A stretch of 64,000 nt of DNA. Source: the human T2T-CHM13v2.0 reference genome, Homo sapiens. How positions within the stretch are numbered: the first letter of the stretch is position 1; each line of letters opens with the position of its first letter. A program made the translations under genes and the position numbers. Below the pieces are notes generated by a model that worked only from the letters and a program-made list of their open reading frames with translations, did not search any database and was not told the origin of the DNA. Shown one piece after another: positions 23,386 to 52,192 of the stretch. The stretch is from NCBI RefSeq assembly GCF_009914755.1, contig NC_060946.1; one strand, written 5' to 3'.

Positions 23386-23742
23386 ATGAAGGGTGACATA
23401 CACCGTGAGCTCGAGGTGGGCTCCTCAGCAAAGCTGAGTCTAGAAACGTGATCGGGCAGACAGCCCTCCCACCAGTGTGGTCTGAGGCCCAGGGGTGGGA
23501 GGTGGCAGATGCTTTGGGCCTGGCCTGGGCCCTGGGTATGCAATGCAGTGGGCTCTTTCTTCAGGTCTACCTGGTGACCCCTCTAGTGCTTGGAGCAGTC
23601 TACACCCCAGGCAAGGGTGATGGGCCTGTCAGTTGAGGTGATGGGGACAGTGGCAGAGGGCTTGCTCTATGCAGGCCCCACCCCACCTGGACAGGCTGAC
23701 CCTGGCTGTGCCTGCAGCCCCATCATCTGGGCCACCCGCTGA

Positions 23743-24282
<540 letters not shown>

Positions 24283-25049
24283 TAGCCTGGAGGGACCAAC
24301 CACAGCTCTGGGGGCTCTTGAGGGCTCTAGCCAACCACTGGGGTGCCAGATGGTTCTCCCCTTGTCTCAGGCTCAGCAGAGTCACCCTGGAACCACAGAG
24401 GCCTGGGCTAGGCCCTGGGTCAGCAGTACGATGAGGGCTGAGCAATTCAGGGACCTGAGGGAGGGCATGGCAGGCTGTTTCTAGAGATTCAGAAGGCTTC
24501 CTAGTGGAGGTGAAATGTGAGCTACTGAAGCATATGTGGGGCTTGCTGGGCAGAGACAAGGGAAAGAGTTACTCTCAGAGAAAGCAGACCATCCAAAGCT
24601 ACCGGGACATAGAAGCCAGCAGCCTGCTGCGGGACAAGGGGCTGGAGGGCAGGCTTGATGTGGTCAGATGGGCCAACAGCAGGCTGAGGGGCACAGGAGC
24701 CAGGGAGCCCACCTGTGGGAAGGGCAGGCTGAGGCTGGAGACCCAGAGAAAAGTGGGGAGCCTGGGGGATCCTTGGGGAGGTCGGGGGATCCATTGGGAA
24801 GCCAAGGGTTGTGTGGGAAGGCCGGGGGATCCAAGAGGCCTAGGGTTTGTCAAAGCGGCCAGAGGCTTTGTTTAATAACCTTTGACACTTTTTAAAATGT
24901 GCTTCCTACTTACGCGTCTATGGCCTCTATAATTAGACAGTCCTGATAGAGGCCTAAGCACAAGGCCAGACGCTGCCCGTGGCCCTGCCCACCTCCCCGG
25001 CCTCTCACCTGGGACAGGGTCATCAAGGCCTCCAAGGGAAGCGCCGTGA

Positions 25050-25346
<297 letters not shown>

Positions 25347-26024
25347 TAGGGCCATGCTGAGACCTGTTCAGTGCCTGCCCCGCCTGTGAGTGCAGCAGGG
25401 GGGATGCCCATGGAGGCAGCTCCCAGGTGTGCACCCCTATAGATGTGCATCCCCTGGTGCAGACCCCCAAGGTGTGTACACCCACAGCTGTACAACTGGT
25501 TGCCCCAAGACACAGAGCTGCCTCCATCCCCAGGGTGGGTATGAGATCCGCAGGGTCACAGGGCTGCCTCCCGTGGAGAGGACACAGTGAAGCCCTGAAG
25601 CCAGAGACACCTGCTGCTTACAGGCCCTGAGGTCCTGGACGAGGTGCTTCTGTGCTCTGAACCTCAGTTTCCCCATCTAAATCAGGGCGATGCCTGGCAA
25701 GAGCTGGTGAGGGCTGACCTGGAGGACCTGGGCTGCCCTGCCCATTCCCTTCCGGGGGTGATGATTGCCTTGGCTTGCAGTGCCAGGCCTTTGCCTGTAT
25801 TATCAGCAATCCTGACGGTTCTGTTAGATTGGCACTGTTATGCCTGCTTACAGATGAGCAAACTGAGGCTGGAAGGTGGGGGACCAGGTAGCTGGAAGTG
25901 GGCGAACTCCAACCCAGCTCTGAGCTCAGTACCCTGTCCTGTCCCCTCGATGGGCTGCCCCGCCTGTCACCTCACCTCATCAGTGTGGCATGTGTCAGGC
26001 ACTGGACCAGGGACACCTCGCTGA

Positions 26025-26393
<369 letters not shown>

Positions 26394-26486
26394 TAAGTTC
26401 GTCGTTGAGGGTGTGGCATCAACACCACTGTCTCCCTGGAGAGCAGGCAGCCCGCGGTGGGCGGGGGCTCGCCTCCCCCATCCTGA

Positions 26487-26597
<111 letters not shown>

Positions 26598-27163
26598 TGA
26601 GCTCCTGGCCCCTGCCCAGCACTCCCGACCTTCACAGGCTCTCCCTGCAGACCTCAGGAGTGCCTGGAAGCCCCACCACCCTTGGCCCGAGATGCTCCTG
26701 CTTCTGAGGCTGTGAGGTCGGGAGGCTGTGGGGAATTTGGTTCTCCTTTGTTAGCAGGCTCAGTGTGACCAAGTGGAGCCAGCCCCACCCCAGGCCCAAC
26801 CTCCCACCCTTCCCAGCCCACTCCCTTTTAGCCTTGCTAAGCTACCTGGGTACGTAAACACGTCCTGCTCTTTCAGGCTCCTGGGCCTTTGCACGCTTGG
26901 AACACCCTTTCTCCTTTTTTGCACCTGGCCGACACCTAATGCTCAGTTAGACCTCAGCTCATTTCACCTGCCTGCCTGTGCTGGGTACCGAGAGGGAGCA
27001 GTGAGCAGGCACACCAGTCACTGGCTACCAGGAGCCCATCTGTAGTCGGGGGAGCGACAGGGAGCAATCAGTCCCACAGACACGTAAACTCGCACTGAGG
27101 GAGCAGCAGCTGAGGGCAGACCCGAAACCACAGTGGGTTTAGCCAGGCCAGGCATGGGGCTGG

Positions 27164-27430
27164 TAGGAGGGTGGCGTGGCTGGAGGGTGAGTGTTAGGGT
27201 GGCATGGCTGGAGGGTGAGTGTGTTAGGGCAGCGTGGCTGGAGGGTGTTAGGAGGGTGGTGTGGCTGGAGGGTGAGTGTTAGGAGGGTGGCGTGGCTGGA
27301 GGGTGAGTGTTAGGAGGGTGGCGTGGCTGGAAGGTGTGTTAGGGTGGCGTGGCTGGAGGGTGAGTGTTAGGAGGGTGGTGTGGCTGGCAGGCGAGTGTCA
27401 GGAGGGTGGCATAGCTGGCAGATGAGAGTG
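27164..27430. repeat. G-rich minisatellite, about 9 copies of a 24-31 bp unit
   Basis: Unit tag(gag)ggtggcgtggctggagggtgagtgt repeated head-to-tail with small indels. Confidence 0.95.
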
Positions 27431-28329
27431 CTGGGGGAACTCCAAAGAGCCCTCACCATTGCCAGCAGCCTTGGTGCTTCCATGGCCCAGCTTGCCTCCC
27501 TCCACTTAGGCTGCTGAGCTCTTGGCCAGCAGCTGCGTAGCCCGTGTGCCTGAGCGGCGAGTTTGACACCTCTCCTTGCCCATGTCCCTGCCACCCTCAG
27601 ACATAAGTGAAAGGAAGAATAGAGGAGTCATGGGGTGCCTGGTGGGGAAGGTGTGCTGTGAGAGCAGGTGGCAGCCCGGGTCCACAGGAGGCCCTTGGCT
27701 GGTGACAAGCCCAGTGGTTTAGGCGCAGGTGCACCAGCGCAGCTCCCTCCAGGCAGGGTTACCCAAACTGAGCTGTACAGGTTCTGTGGTACTCATGAAA
27801 CAGGTCTGGCTGGCAGCACTGGAACCGCCTAGAACTGTAAAATGTCTTGGACGCATGCTCCCCGCTTTCCCCTTCCATGGCTGTAGACAAAACCATGCGT
27901 GTTTCTTTGGTGGTCAAGCCCCCTGGGGAGCTCAGGCTGTGGTGTGGGTGGGAGTTGGTGCCTCTGGCAGCAGCGGTGGGGAAAGTGGCTGTGTGGACAG
28001 GAGGGCTGAGGATGGAGCTGGGGTGACATCTGTGGGGCAGTGCGGCAGTGCCGATGTGGCCTTCTGCGGGGCCCAGTGGGGGAGGGCAGGGGGAGAGCAG
28101 GCTGCACAGGGAGCCGACTGCATTAGGAGACGTGGAGGGGGCCTTCTCTCCAAGTCCTGTCCTGCTACCAGGCAGCATCCATGGGGCCATCAGCACAGCT
28201 CACCAGCCCCCAAGGTGGGAAACCTTCCACCCACAGCCATGGTGCCCCCCACAATGAGTTCCCGGCCCCAGCCCCTTCACACCACCCACGCCCTCTAGAA
28301 CCACTGTTTTCAGGTGTTTGGGGGCTGTC

Positions 28330-29180
<851 letters not shown>

Positions 29181-29461
29181 TTCAGTCCACAGCAGGGTCT
29201 TTACCTCAAACCGTACCTGGGTCTTCTCTCTTCAAACCTGGGTTTTCCCCACTGCCACCTGTTGTGCCCCATCTCGGGTGTGGCTTCCTGCACTGGAGGT
29301 CTGTGCCCTCCCATCCTCACCTCTCCCCAAACTGAGGCCAGGCCTCCTGCCCCTGGGCCTTGGCCCTTGCTGTTCCCTCAGTGCCGCAGTCTAGCCTGCC
29401 TGTGTTCTGCCTTGGGACCAAGGGACCACCAGGCCCCACATCCCTCTAGAAGGTTCTGTAA

Positions 29462-29581
<120 letters not shown>

Positions 29582-30322
29582 GCCAGCCTGGCCGCCTCCA
29601 CCCTGCAGAACCTCAGTGGTGGCGTCACTGCGTCCAGTCAGCTGCTCCGCCGGGTTAGGGTCAGGAGACGGCCAGAGCCTGTTTGTTAGGGCTGTTAGAG
29701 GGTGATCTTCAGTTTTACAGGAAGTGGGTCACGGGTTAATTTTAAATGTGATTCCGAATCTCCTTTCAGTCCTCGAGAAGGGCCAATGAGCATTTTTCAG
29801 CAGTCACAGCCAGTGTGAGTGCTGCTCTTTCCACCTGCCTTGCAAATTCTGTTTCCCAGGGGAATGTGTCTACTGCCTGGTGGTTCAAAGGTTGGAAGGC
29901 AGGGCAGAGGTGGGGGCTGATTCTGCTGGGACAGGTCTTCCAGAGGCAGCCTCCCCCCACTGCCTGTCCCCGTCCCCACCAGGCTGCCCTTGGGATGGAC
30001 CTTTTCATTCTTTTCTTTATATTCTAGACAGTCTCTGTTGTCTCATTGTGTTGCTGTCCCATTTTTCAGGTGAGGGTACCGGGGTAGGGGAGTGGCCTGC
30101 CCAGGGTCACACTATGAGAGGCCCCCACCTGCTGCCTTTGGACGCAGCCCCCTGCTGCTGCATCCACCACCCTTCTTACAGATCAGCGCGCACATGGGGT
30201 CCTTCTGCTGTCTCTGGGGCGAGTCTTGGAGCCCCCTGGGGGGCTCTGTTGGTGCTGATTTGGACCCGTTTCTCTTTTTAAACTGCACATCATAACAGGG
30301 CTTCATGTCGAGCATGATTTTA

Positions 30323-31465
<1,143 letters not shown>

Positions 31466-31792
31466 CTACCCAAGAACTAGGGACACATCCTAAGGGGAGC
31501 CTCCTTCCCCTCTCCTGGTTCCAAGCAAGAAGACATGACTTGGCTGTGCAATTGGGAACCCTGGTCCCTCCTCCAGGAAGCCTTCTACCCGCCAACCCCC
31601 ACTGCAGGCTGGTGAGGGTGCTGCCTCTGTGCCCCTCAGCCCTTGGCACTTGCCCTTGCTCTTGCACCCCTGCCATGACCTCTCCAGGTCAGGGACAGCA
31701 TCTGTCCCCAGCATCACCTGGCACATGGCCTGCACTGAGTAGCTGTCAGTGAAAGTTGGTGAATGAAGGCATAAATAAATGAAGTCAAACTC

Positions 31793-32192
31793 TGTATTAG
31801 GCCTTCTTGCATTGCTATGAAGAAATACCTGACGCTAGGTAATTTATAAAGAGGTTTAATTGGCTCACAGTTCTGCAGGCTTTTCAGGAAGTATGGTGCT
31901 GGCATCTGCTTCTGGTGCAACCTCAGGAAGCTTAAGATCATGACATAAGGTGATGGGGAGCCAGTATATCACATAGTGAGAGCAGGAGTAAGAGAGAAGG
32001 GGAGGTCTTAGACTCTTAAATAACCAGATCTTGTGTGAACTAAGCAAGAACTCATCACCAAGGGGATGGTGCTGAACCATTCATAAGGGATCTGCCCTCA
32101 CGACCCAATTACTTCCCACCAGGCCCCACTTCCAACATTGGGATCACATTTCAACATGAGATTTTGAGGGGACACACATCCAAACTACAGCA
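31793..32192 (-). mobile_element. MST-type (ERVL-MaLR) solo LTR
   Basis: tgtattaggcc...cattgctatgaagaaatacctga...gaggtttaattggctcacagttctgcagg...tttcaacatgagattt... Confidence 0.85.
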
Positions 32193-33360
32193 AATCCTAT
32201 TGGGGGCAGAAATGAATCTGCCATACATAGGCCACACCTACTATGTGCTGACATGATACAGGGAGAGGAGTATCAGGAATGACTGTTGGGGATCCCTCTG
32301 CCATTCTCCCATGAGCAGACATCCCCAGGATGAGCTGAGGGGAATGCAATGAGCAGGCCAAACTCTTTCCAAGCTGTTTGACCACACCCACCTACCCCAG
32401 CACTCTCAGCCCCTGCCTGGTGCCCTGTGCTGAGCTGGGTGAGGCTGGGGAGACTGGTGAGTGAGGGCTGCCCTGCCCTTTTTGAGCCCCCAGTCTTCTG
32501 GTGAAGGAACATAGCAACATGGAGTGATTGGTATGGATGATGCAAAACCAGGGACATGGGACCCAGAAGTGCCCGAGCCAGCCTGGAAGGCCTCTGCCCT
32601 GGGCCCCGGGTGGCTGTTTGCTGCACAGCTCTCCCCACAGCCTGCCCCAAATAAACAGCTTATCTTCGTCCCTGAAAATGGTGCTCTCGAGTTCCATCCT
32701 TTTCAGAGCGGGTCCTCCCAGACTCCTCTTCCTGCATCCTCCTCCATCCCGCTTAGTGACACTTTGCCGTGGGTGGAGCCCCTCATTTGATCCTCAAGCC
32801 CCCGAGGTGGGTATTATACCTCGTTCGCAGGCAAAGGCTCAAGCGAGGTCAGTCTTAAGTTGCTGCCCACTGACCCGTCTACCAGTCCTGTCCTTGCGTC
32901 TCCATGGCTCAGGTCAGGGTTATCCTATCTGCTTCCCACCTCTCTCCAACACATGCACTCCCCAAGGCAGGCTCCATCACCGGGCCCCAGCCCCTGGCTC
33001 TCTCCTCCAACGCAGCTCCCCAGCCGGCCTGTAAAACCGAGGACAGGCTCCCGCCACGCCCTCGGCGGTCCTCAGGCCTTGGCGGTTGGGGAAGCCCGCC
33101 AAGGGCGACGGTTCCCCTCCAGCCCCACAGGCTGTGCAGCTCCGGCAATGAGTCTCCCTCAGGTCTCTGGGTCAGCCGGCGCCCCAGTGCGTGCCTCGGG
33201 GGCAGGGATCCCGGCTTTTCACTACTGTTAGTAACAGCTCGCGCGCGCTGCTTCACAGCAGGTGGGTGAGCCTACTTTTAGTCTTCCCATCGACACCCTT
33301 AGATGGCAGTTTTAACTTTCTCCCTACACACAAGGAGCTGCTATACATGGTTCCGGCTTG
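31835..33360 (-). ncRNA. GTSE1-DT: GTSE1 divergent transcript (lncRNA); boundaries approximate
   Basis: Recalled annotation of the locus, plus bidirectional-promoter motifs and a minus-strand ATTAAA at 31855-31860. Not provable from sequence alone. Confidence 0.5.
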
Positions 33361-33564
33361 ACGCGGATACCTAGTGACACTTGGCGGCCAGGCCGGGCAG
33401 ACTTCCGGGTGGGTGATCCCTGGCGCTGTGCGGAGCCATTCGCTGCGCTGAAGCAGTGCGCATGCGCACTGGACGCTTCTTACCAGCGTCCTGACTACAA
33501 TACCCAGGACGCACCCAGCCCGCCGCCTCTCGGAGCCCTTTTCAAACCGACCAATCGGCAACCC

Positions 33565-33628
33565 GCGTCTCCCGGCGCCGCGTTTAAATCCGTGCCGGAG
33601 GCGCGTCCTGCATCGTCTGCCGCTTTGG
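33565..33628 (+). other. GTSE1: GTSE1 exon 1 (non-coding; 5' end approximate)
   Basis: Donor TGG|gtaagg at 33628/33629; joins to acceptor ctgcag|TGAC at 34077. Confidence 0.8.
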
Positions 33629-34097
33629 GTAAGGTGGGGTCAGGGTCGGGGGCGAGGCTTGCCCGGTGGGCCCGGTGCGGCGCGGTGCCCGCCGTTTTCG
33701 GGACGGGGAGGGGCCGCGCCCCGCCAGGAGCCGGGCCTGGGCTCGAGCAGGGGTCACTGAGGCCCCTCGCGCCGTGGTCGGGGATGCCGGGAGGTCTAGG
33801 GCTGCCCCCCAGGCAAACAGAGCCCCCAACACTCTGGCCCAGAAGCCGAGAATTCCGTTATCTCGTCTGATGGCGTTCGGGCTGACTCCCGGCCTGGCGG
33901 CACTCGGGCCCTGGGGTCCCCTGGGATGCGATCATTTCAGAGCGGCCCCCGCGCCGCCTCTCCCAGACCTGGCCGCGGCCTTCAGCTCTCTCTGCCTCTG
34001 TGAGCCGAGGGCTGAAGGAAGCCGGAGCCCTGGGCCCTGACACGTACTCACTTTCTGGCCCCGTTCCACCCTGCAGTGACTTCTGACAGCTCTCTCC

Positions 34098-34176
34098 ATG
34101 GAAGGAGGCGGCGGCCGCGATGAGCCTTCAGCCTGCCGGGCAGGGGACGTGAACATGGATGACCCTAAGAAGGAAG
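34098..34176 (+). CDS. GTSE1: GTSE1 exon 2 CDS (MEGGGGRDEPSACRAGDVNMDDPKKE)
   Basis: ATG at 34098; non-canonical donor AAG|gcaagt; the phase-1 G joins exon 3 AC to give D. Confidence 0.9.
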
Positions 34177-34654
34177 GCAAGTCCTTGCTGCTGCGGCGCT
34201 GTTGTTGTTCAGGATGTTCAGTAGAGATGGAGGGTGATTTAATGTTTCCCTGAGAAATTCTTTCTCAAGTGCTCGACTTGTACTCTGCACCTGTGAAACA
34301 CATGACATCTGCCTTCGTTTTCTGGTTTTCTTTCACCTCCTCCCCATTTTAAGTTTCATCACAGCCAGGATTCTCATCCGTTTTATTTACCGCAGTGCTC
34401 CCATGCCCTGAACAGCACCTAACACTTTGTGGGCTCTCAAATATTTATTGTATTGAATTCGATGTTTTCTTTTTTGTTTGTCGCTGGTTTCTGTTTGCTA
34501 AGACTTATTTAGGATCTTTGAGACCATGTTAATGAGTAAGCCTGGCCCCAAACCCCTTTCTTCTTGTGTCTTTGACTGGTTTGGGTATCAAGGTGAGGGT
34601 ACAGCTTCACAGAATGAGTTACAGGCCACACCCTCTTTTTCTCTCAAAGCGTTT

Positions 34655-44706
<10,052 letters not shown>

Positions 44707-44847
44707 CTAAATTAGCATCATGACAGGATACACTTTGGGGAGTGAAATTTCACAGTACCTTTATTTAATTCCAAGCCATAGAGCCTGGTAATATTTTTCT
44801 CTTTATCAGCTGTGGCACTAAAATAACAGTGGATTTTTTCCCTCTAG

Positions 44848-44905
44848 ACATTCTTCTTTTGGCCGATGAAAAATTTGACTTCGATCTTTCATTGTCTTCT
44901 TCGAG
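44848..44905 (+). CDS. GTSE1: GTSE1 exon 3 (DILLLADEKFDFDLSLSS)
   Basis: ctctag|AC...AG|gtaaac; 58 nt; conserved GTSE1/PSRC1 N-terminal motif. Confidence 0.94.
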
Positions 44906-45016
44906 GTAAACAAATGAGTTTTCTTCCCTTGCCTTGGGCATAACCACATTCAGTAAAGTCTTTCCTTTAAATGCCAGTGTTATGAGTTATTAATCATTCT
45001 TTTTTTAAACAAATAG

Positions 45017-45641
45017 TGCAAATGAAGATGATGAAGTCTTCTTCGGACCCTTTGGACATAAAGAAAGATGTATTGCTGCCAGCTTGGAATTAAATAATCC
45101 GGTTCCCGAACAGCCTCCGTTGCCCACATCTGAGAGTCCCTTTGCCTGGAGCCCTCTGGCCGGGGAGAAGTTCGTGGAGGTGTACAAAGAAGCTCACTTA
45201 CTGGCTTTACACATTGAGAGCAGCAGCCGGAACCAGGCAGCCCAAGCTGCCAAGCCTGAAGACCCTCGGAGCCAGGGCGTGGAAAGATTCATACAGGAGT
45301 CAAAATTAAAAATAAACCTCTTTGAGAAAGAAAAGGAAATGAAGAAAAGCCCCACGTCTCTTAAAAGGGAGACATACTACCTGTCAGACAGCCCCTTGCT
45401 GGGGCCCCCTGTGGGTGAGCCTCGGCTCTTGGCCTCCTCCCCGGCCCTGCCCAGCTCTGGTGCCCAGGCCCGCCTCACCCGGGCGCCGGGGCCTCCGCAC
45501 TCTGCTCATGCTTTGCCCAGGGAATCATGCACTGCTCATGCTGCAAGTCAGGCAGCGACTCAGAGGAAGCCCGGGACCAAATTGCTGCTGCCTCGAGCGG
45601 CCTCTGTTAGAGGAAGAAGCATCCCTGGGGCTGCGGAGAAG
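45017..45641 (+). CDS. GTSE1: GTSE1 exon 4 (SANEDDEVFFGP...GAAEK)
   Basis: aatag|T...AAG|gtaaat; 625 nt; ORF 45084..45746. Confidence 0.96.
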
Positions 45642-46959
45642 GTAAATGCCACAGCAGAGCGCCTGCCTGGGGAGCCCCCACTCCTTGCCCCTCAGCCCTC
45701 TCACAGAAGCCACATGCGGAAAGCCTCAGAGGTGGCGAGTCTCTGAGGCCTACAAAACACAGGAATGCGGAGTCCAGGAAAAGCAGTTGCCAATAGGGAG
45801 CTGATGTGGGGGTGGCTTGGATAAGTTGGGTTGACCTAATATTTCCTCCTAAATTCTGTCTGAAGTTGTTCCTTTTGTTTTGTTACAATGCTGGATATAC
45901 CACACAGTAGGGATTTCATTTGCTTTAATAAGCAACCTCTTCCAAAAACTCCCCTCCTCTGCAATGGCTGCTAGTCAGCCTCCTTGACCGTGCCTCAGTT
46001 TACACTGCATTCCTCCTGGGCACTGAGTGAGGTGAGCTTTCCTGGGAGGTGGCAGTTGACAGGGGTGCCTTTGGGTGCAGTCTGCCTACTCTGGGACACT
46101 GAGGGTCCTGGAGGTCTGGGGGAAAGCTGGGTGTGAGCACAGGACTTGCTGCCAGGGCTGCCCGATCTGGCTCTTGCTCGGGAGAGGCCACAGAGAGGAA
46201 GACGGGGCGGGTGGGAGCCCCGGGGCCCACCCTGCAGCCCGTTCCCAGCTCTGCCCCCTCCCCTGGGCAGCACGTACAGAGGAATGACCCTGGATGGGGC
46301 TGATAGGAGGTGCAGGCAAATGCAGAATGCTCAGCAAGGGCCCAGAAATTCCTTTACCCCCACCAAGCCCATCTCCTGAGCCACATGACTCCCTGTGGTG
46401 AGAGCCAAGGATGGAAGGCAGCCGAGGTGCAGCCGCCACGCCACACACTGCCCTTGACAAGGAGGTATGCCCGGCACTGCCACCCCCAACAGCTGGGGCC
46501 TGCAAACTCCTTTATTTGGAGCCCGTTTGGGATGTAGATTCCTACCGTGATGTTTCTAGAATGAGAGTGGGATGGGTCCTGCTGTGTGGAGCACACGTGG
46601 ACTCGGGACAGGGATTGTGCATGTAGCACGCGTGGACTCGGGGAGAGAGGTGGTGTGATTTGGGCTGCTCCAGACCCATCGAAGTATCTCTTTTGATCTC
46701 CTGGTCCTGGGTGGTGAGCTGGGGTCCAGAGAGCTTGTTCCCAGTGGACAGGGCACTGTCCGCACAGCTGAGATGCACTCATGCACACGTGGGAGCCCCA
46801 CCATGTCCTGCATGTTTCTCTGGGAGAAGTCACTTCTAGAGTGGCTCATGGCACATGCTCACTCCTGTGAGGAGTCATTAGCAATGGGTGGACCACTTGA
46901 GTGTAACACCTACTTACAAGTGTGCTTGACAGAGAACTGCTAGGATGCCTAAAGGAAGA

Positions 46960-48200
<1,241 letters not shown>

Positions 48201-48823
48201 GAAGTATCTCAGTTTTTAGAAATGCTATAAAGGGAAAAAGTTACTGCTGCGTCTTTACCACTCTGAGCTTCTATTGCTGTTACCTTATTAACTCTCCTGT
48301 TATAAGGGGGCTATTTATGTAAGTATAAATTAGTTCCATGAATGCCCTTGTCCCTAAATATGTCAAGAACTTATTTTTTGACTCTGCTGGCCAAAGAAAA
48401 TGGCTTTCAGTACTAGACCAAGAAGATTTATTGCAATTGAGCAGCTTCTCTGGTAGAGATGACCATTTAATGGATGAGTCCTTTCTGTACAGCATTTTAA
48501 AATTTGTGTAACTAGACCAGCTTTCTCATTATCATTCTTAAATAAGGATCCTGACTGGGGAATGGCTTTAGAGAACCTCTCTCCTATTAATGATCTGTGT
48601 AGGTATCATTTGATGCTGTTTTTAATGAGGAAGCAAAATCCATCATCACTTATGTCCATAGTGATTTGGTGGAGGATGCGAACTGCTTGCCCTGTTCCCT
48701 TCAATCTGGCTGATGAATGGAGGGGCATGTGTAGCACTGGGGAAGATGGGGCCTAGGCTCGCTCTGAATGGAAGCCTGAGTATCTCTGTACATTGTTAAG
48801 CACTAGACAGTTCTCACAGTTCA

Positions 48824-50503
<1,680 letters not shown>

Positions 50504-50587
50504 CAAAAACCCCTTACTTTTGCAGACACAAGTAATAGGTAAATAACGAGATCTTTGCTGATTCTGTTTTTTCACATTTTGCCCCAG

Positions 50588-50711
50588 TTGGGGCTGAAGA
50601 AGACCCTGTTAAAAGCACCCGGCTCTACCAGCAATCTCGCAAGGAAGTCCTCCTCGGGGCCTGTTTGGAGCGGGGCATCCAGTGCGTGCACATCCCCAGC
50701 AGTGGGCAAAG
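50588..50711 (+). CDS. GTSE1: GTSE1 exon 6 (LGLKKTLL...AVGK)
   Basis: ccccag|TTG...AAAG|gtgagg; 124 nt. Confidence 0.94.
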
Positions 50712-51291
50712 GTGAGGCAGCCGGCATCATGCTTGGACCCACATCTGGCCAGGTGAGGCCTGGAGTGCTGCTCAGGCCTTGGAGACTGTTTCTGCAGAAC
50801 CACTTAGGCTTGGCAGGACGTCCCGGAGGGCGTGCTGTGTGCGGTGGACCAGGCTGTGGACTGAGTTGCTGTACCTGCCCTCAGTGCCTCTGTCCCATGA
50901 GGAGGGCACACTCAGATGGGTGGCTTCAGTCTACGGGGTACACATGGCCAGAAAGCATGTATGATACCCCGTGCCTGAGAACATGGACACTGGAATCACC
51001 CTCATGTCCATGTCATGAGACACCAGTTTTAAAATAGGACTATTCCAGATAATGTAGGGCATATGGCCCCATAACTCCTGGGTGCCTGTTTAAATCCATG
51101 CTCCCACACCTGTTTGAGGTCAAGCCACATTTCAACCTTGCCAAGCCACAGCTGCCATCTAGTGGTAAGGGAAAGCCTTCGCCTTTCTGCTCTTCAGAGC
51201 GAAATCCTCTTCGAGGTGCATTGGCCATGTGGCGTCTCGGGGTCGTTCAGGGCAGCATGGTGTGGATTGTGTTCACAAAATGTAAAAAGTG

Positions 51292-52192
<901 letters not shown>

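Larger units (their letters stand above)
33040..34200. promoter_or_regulatory. GTSE1: GTSE1 CpG-island bidirectional promoter
   Basis: ETS ACTTCCGG 33401-33408; NRF1 TGCGCATGCGCA 33457-33468; ZNF143-type ACTACAATACCCAG 33494-33507; reverse CHR TTCAAA 33541-33546; CCAAT 33551-33555; CDE-like CGGCGC 33573-33578, 4 nt before CHR TTTAAA 33583-33588. Confidence 0.88.

Noticed and set aside
27164-27430. CRISPR-like or telomeric array
   Set aside because: Head-to-tail tandem units without unique spacers, no cas genes, and only isolated TTAGGG. It is a minisatellite.
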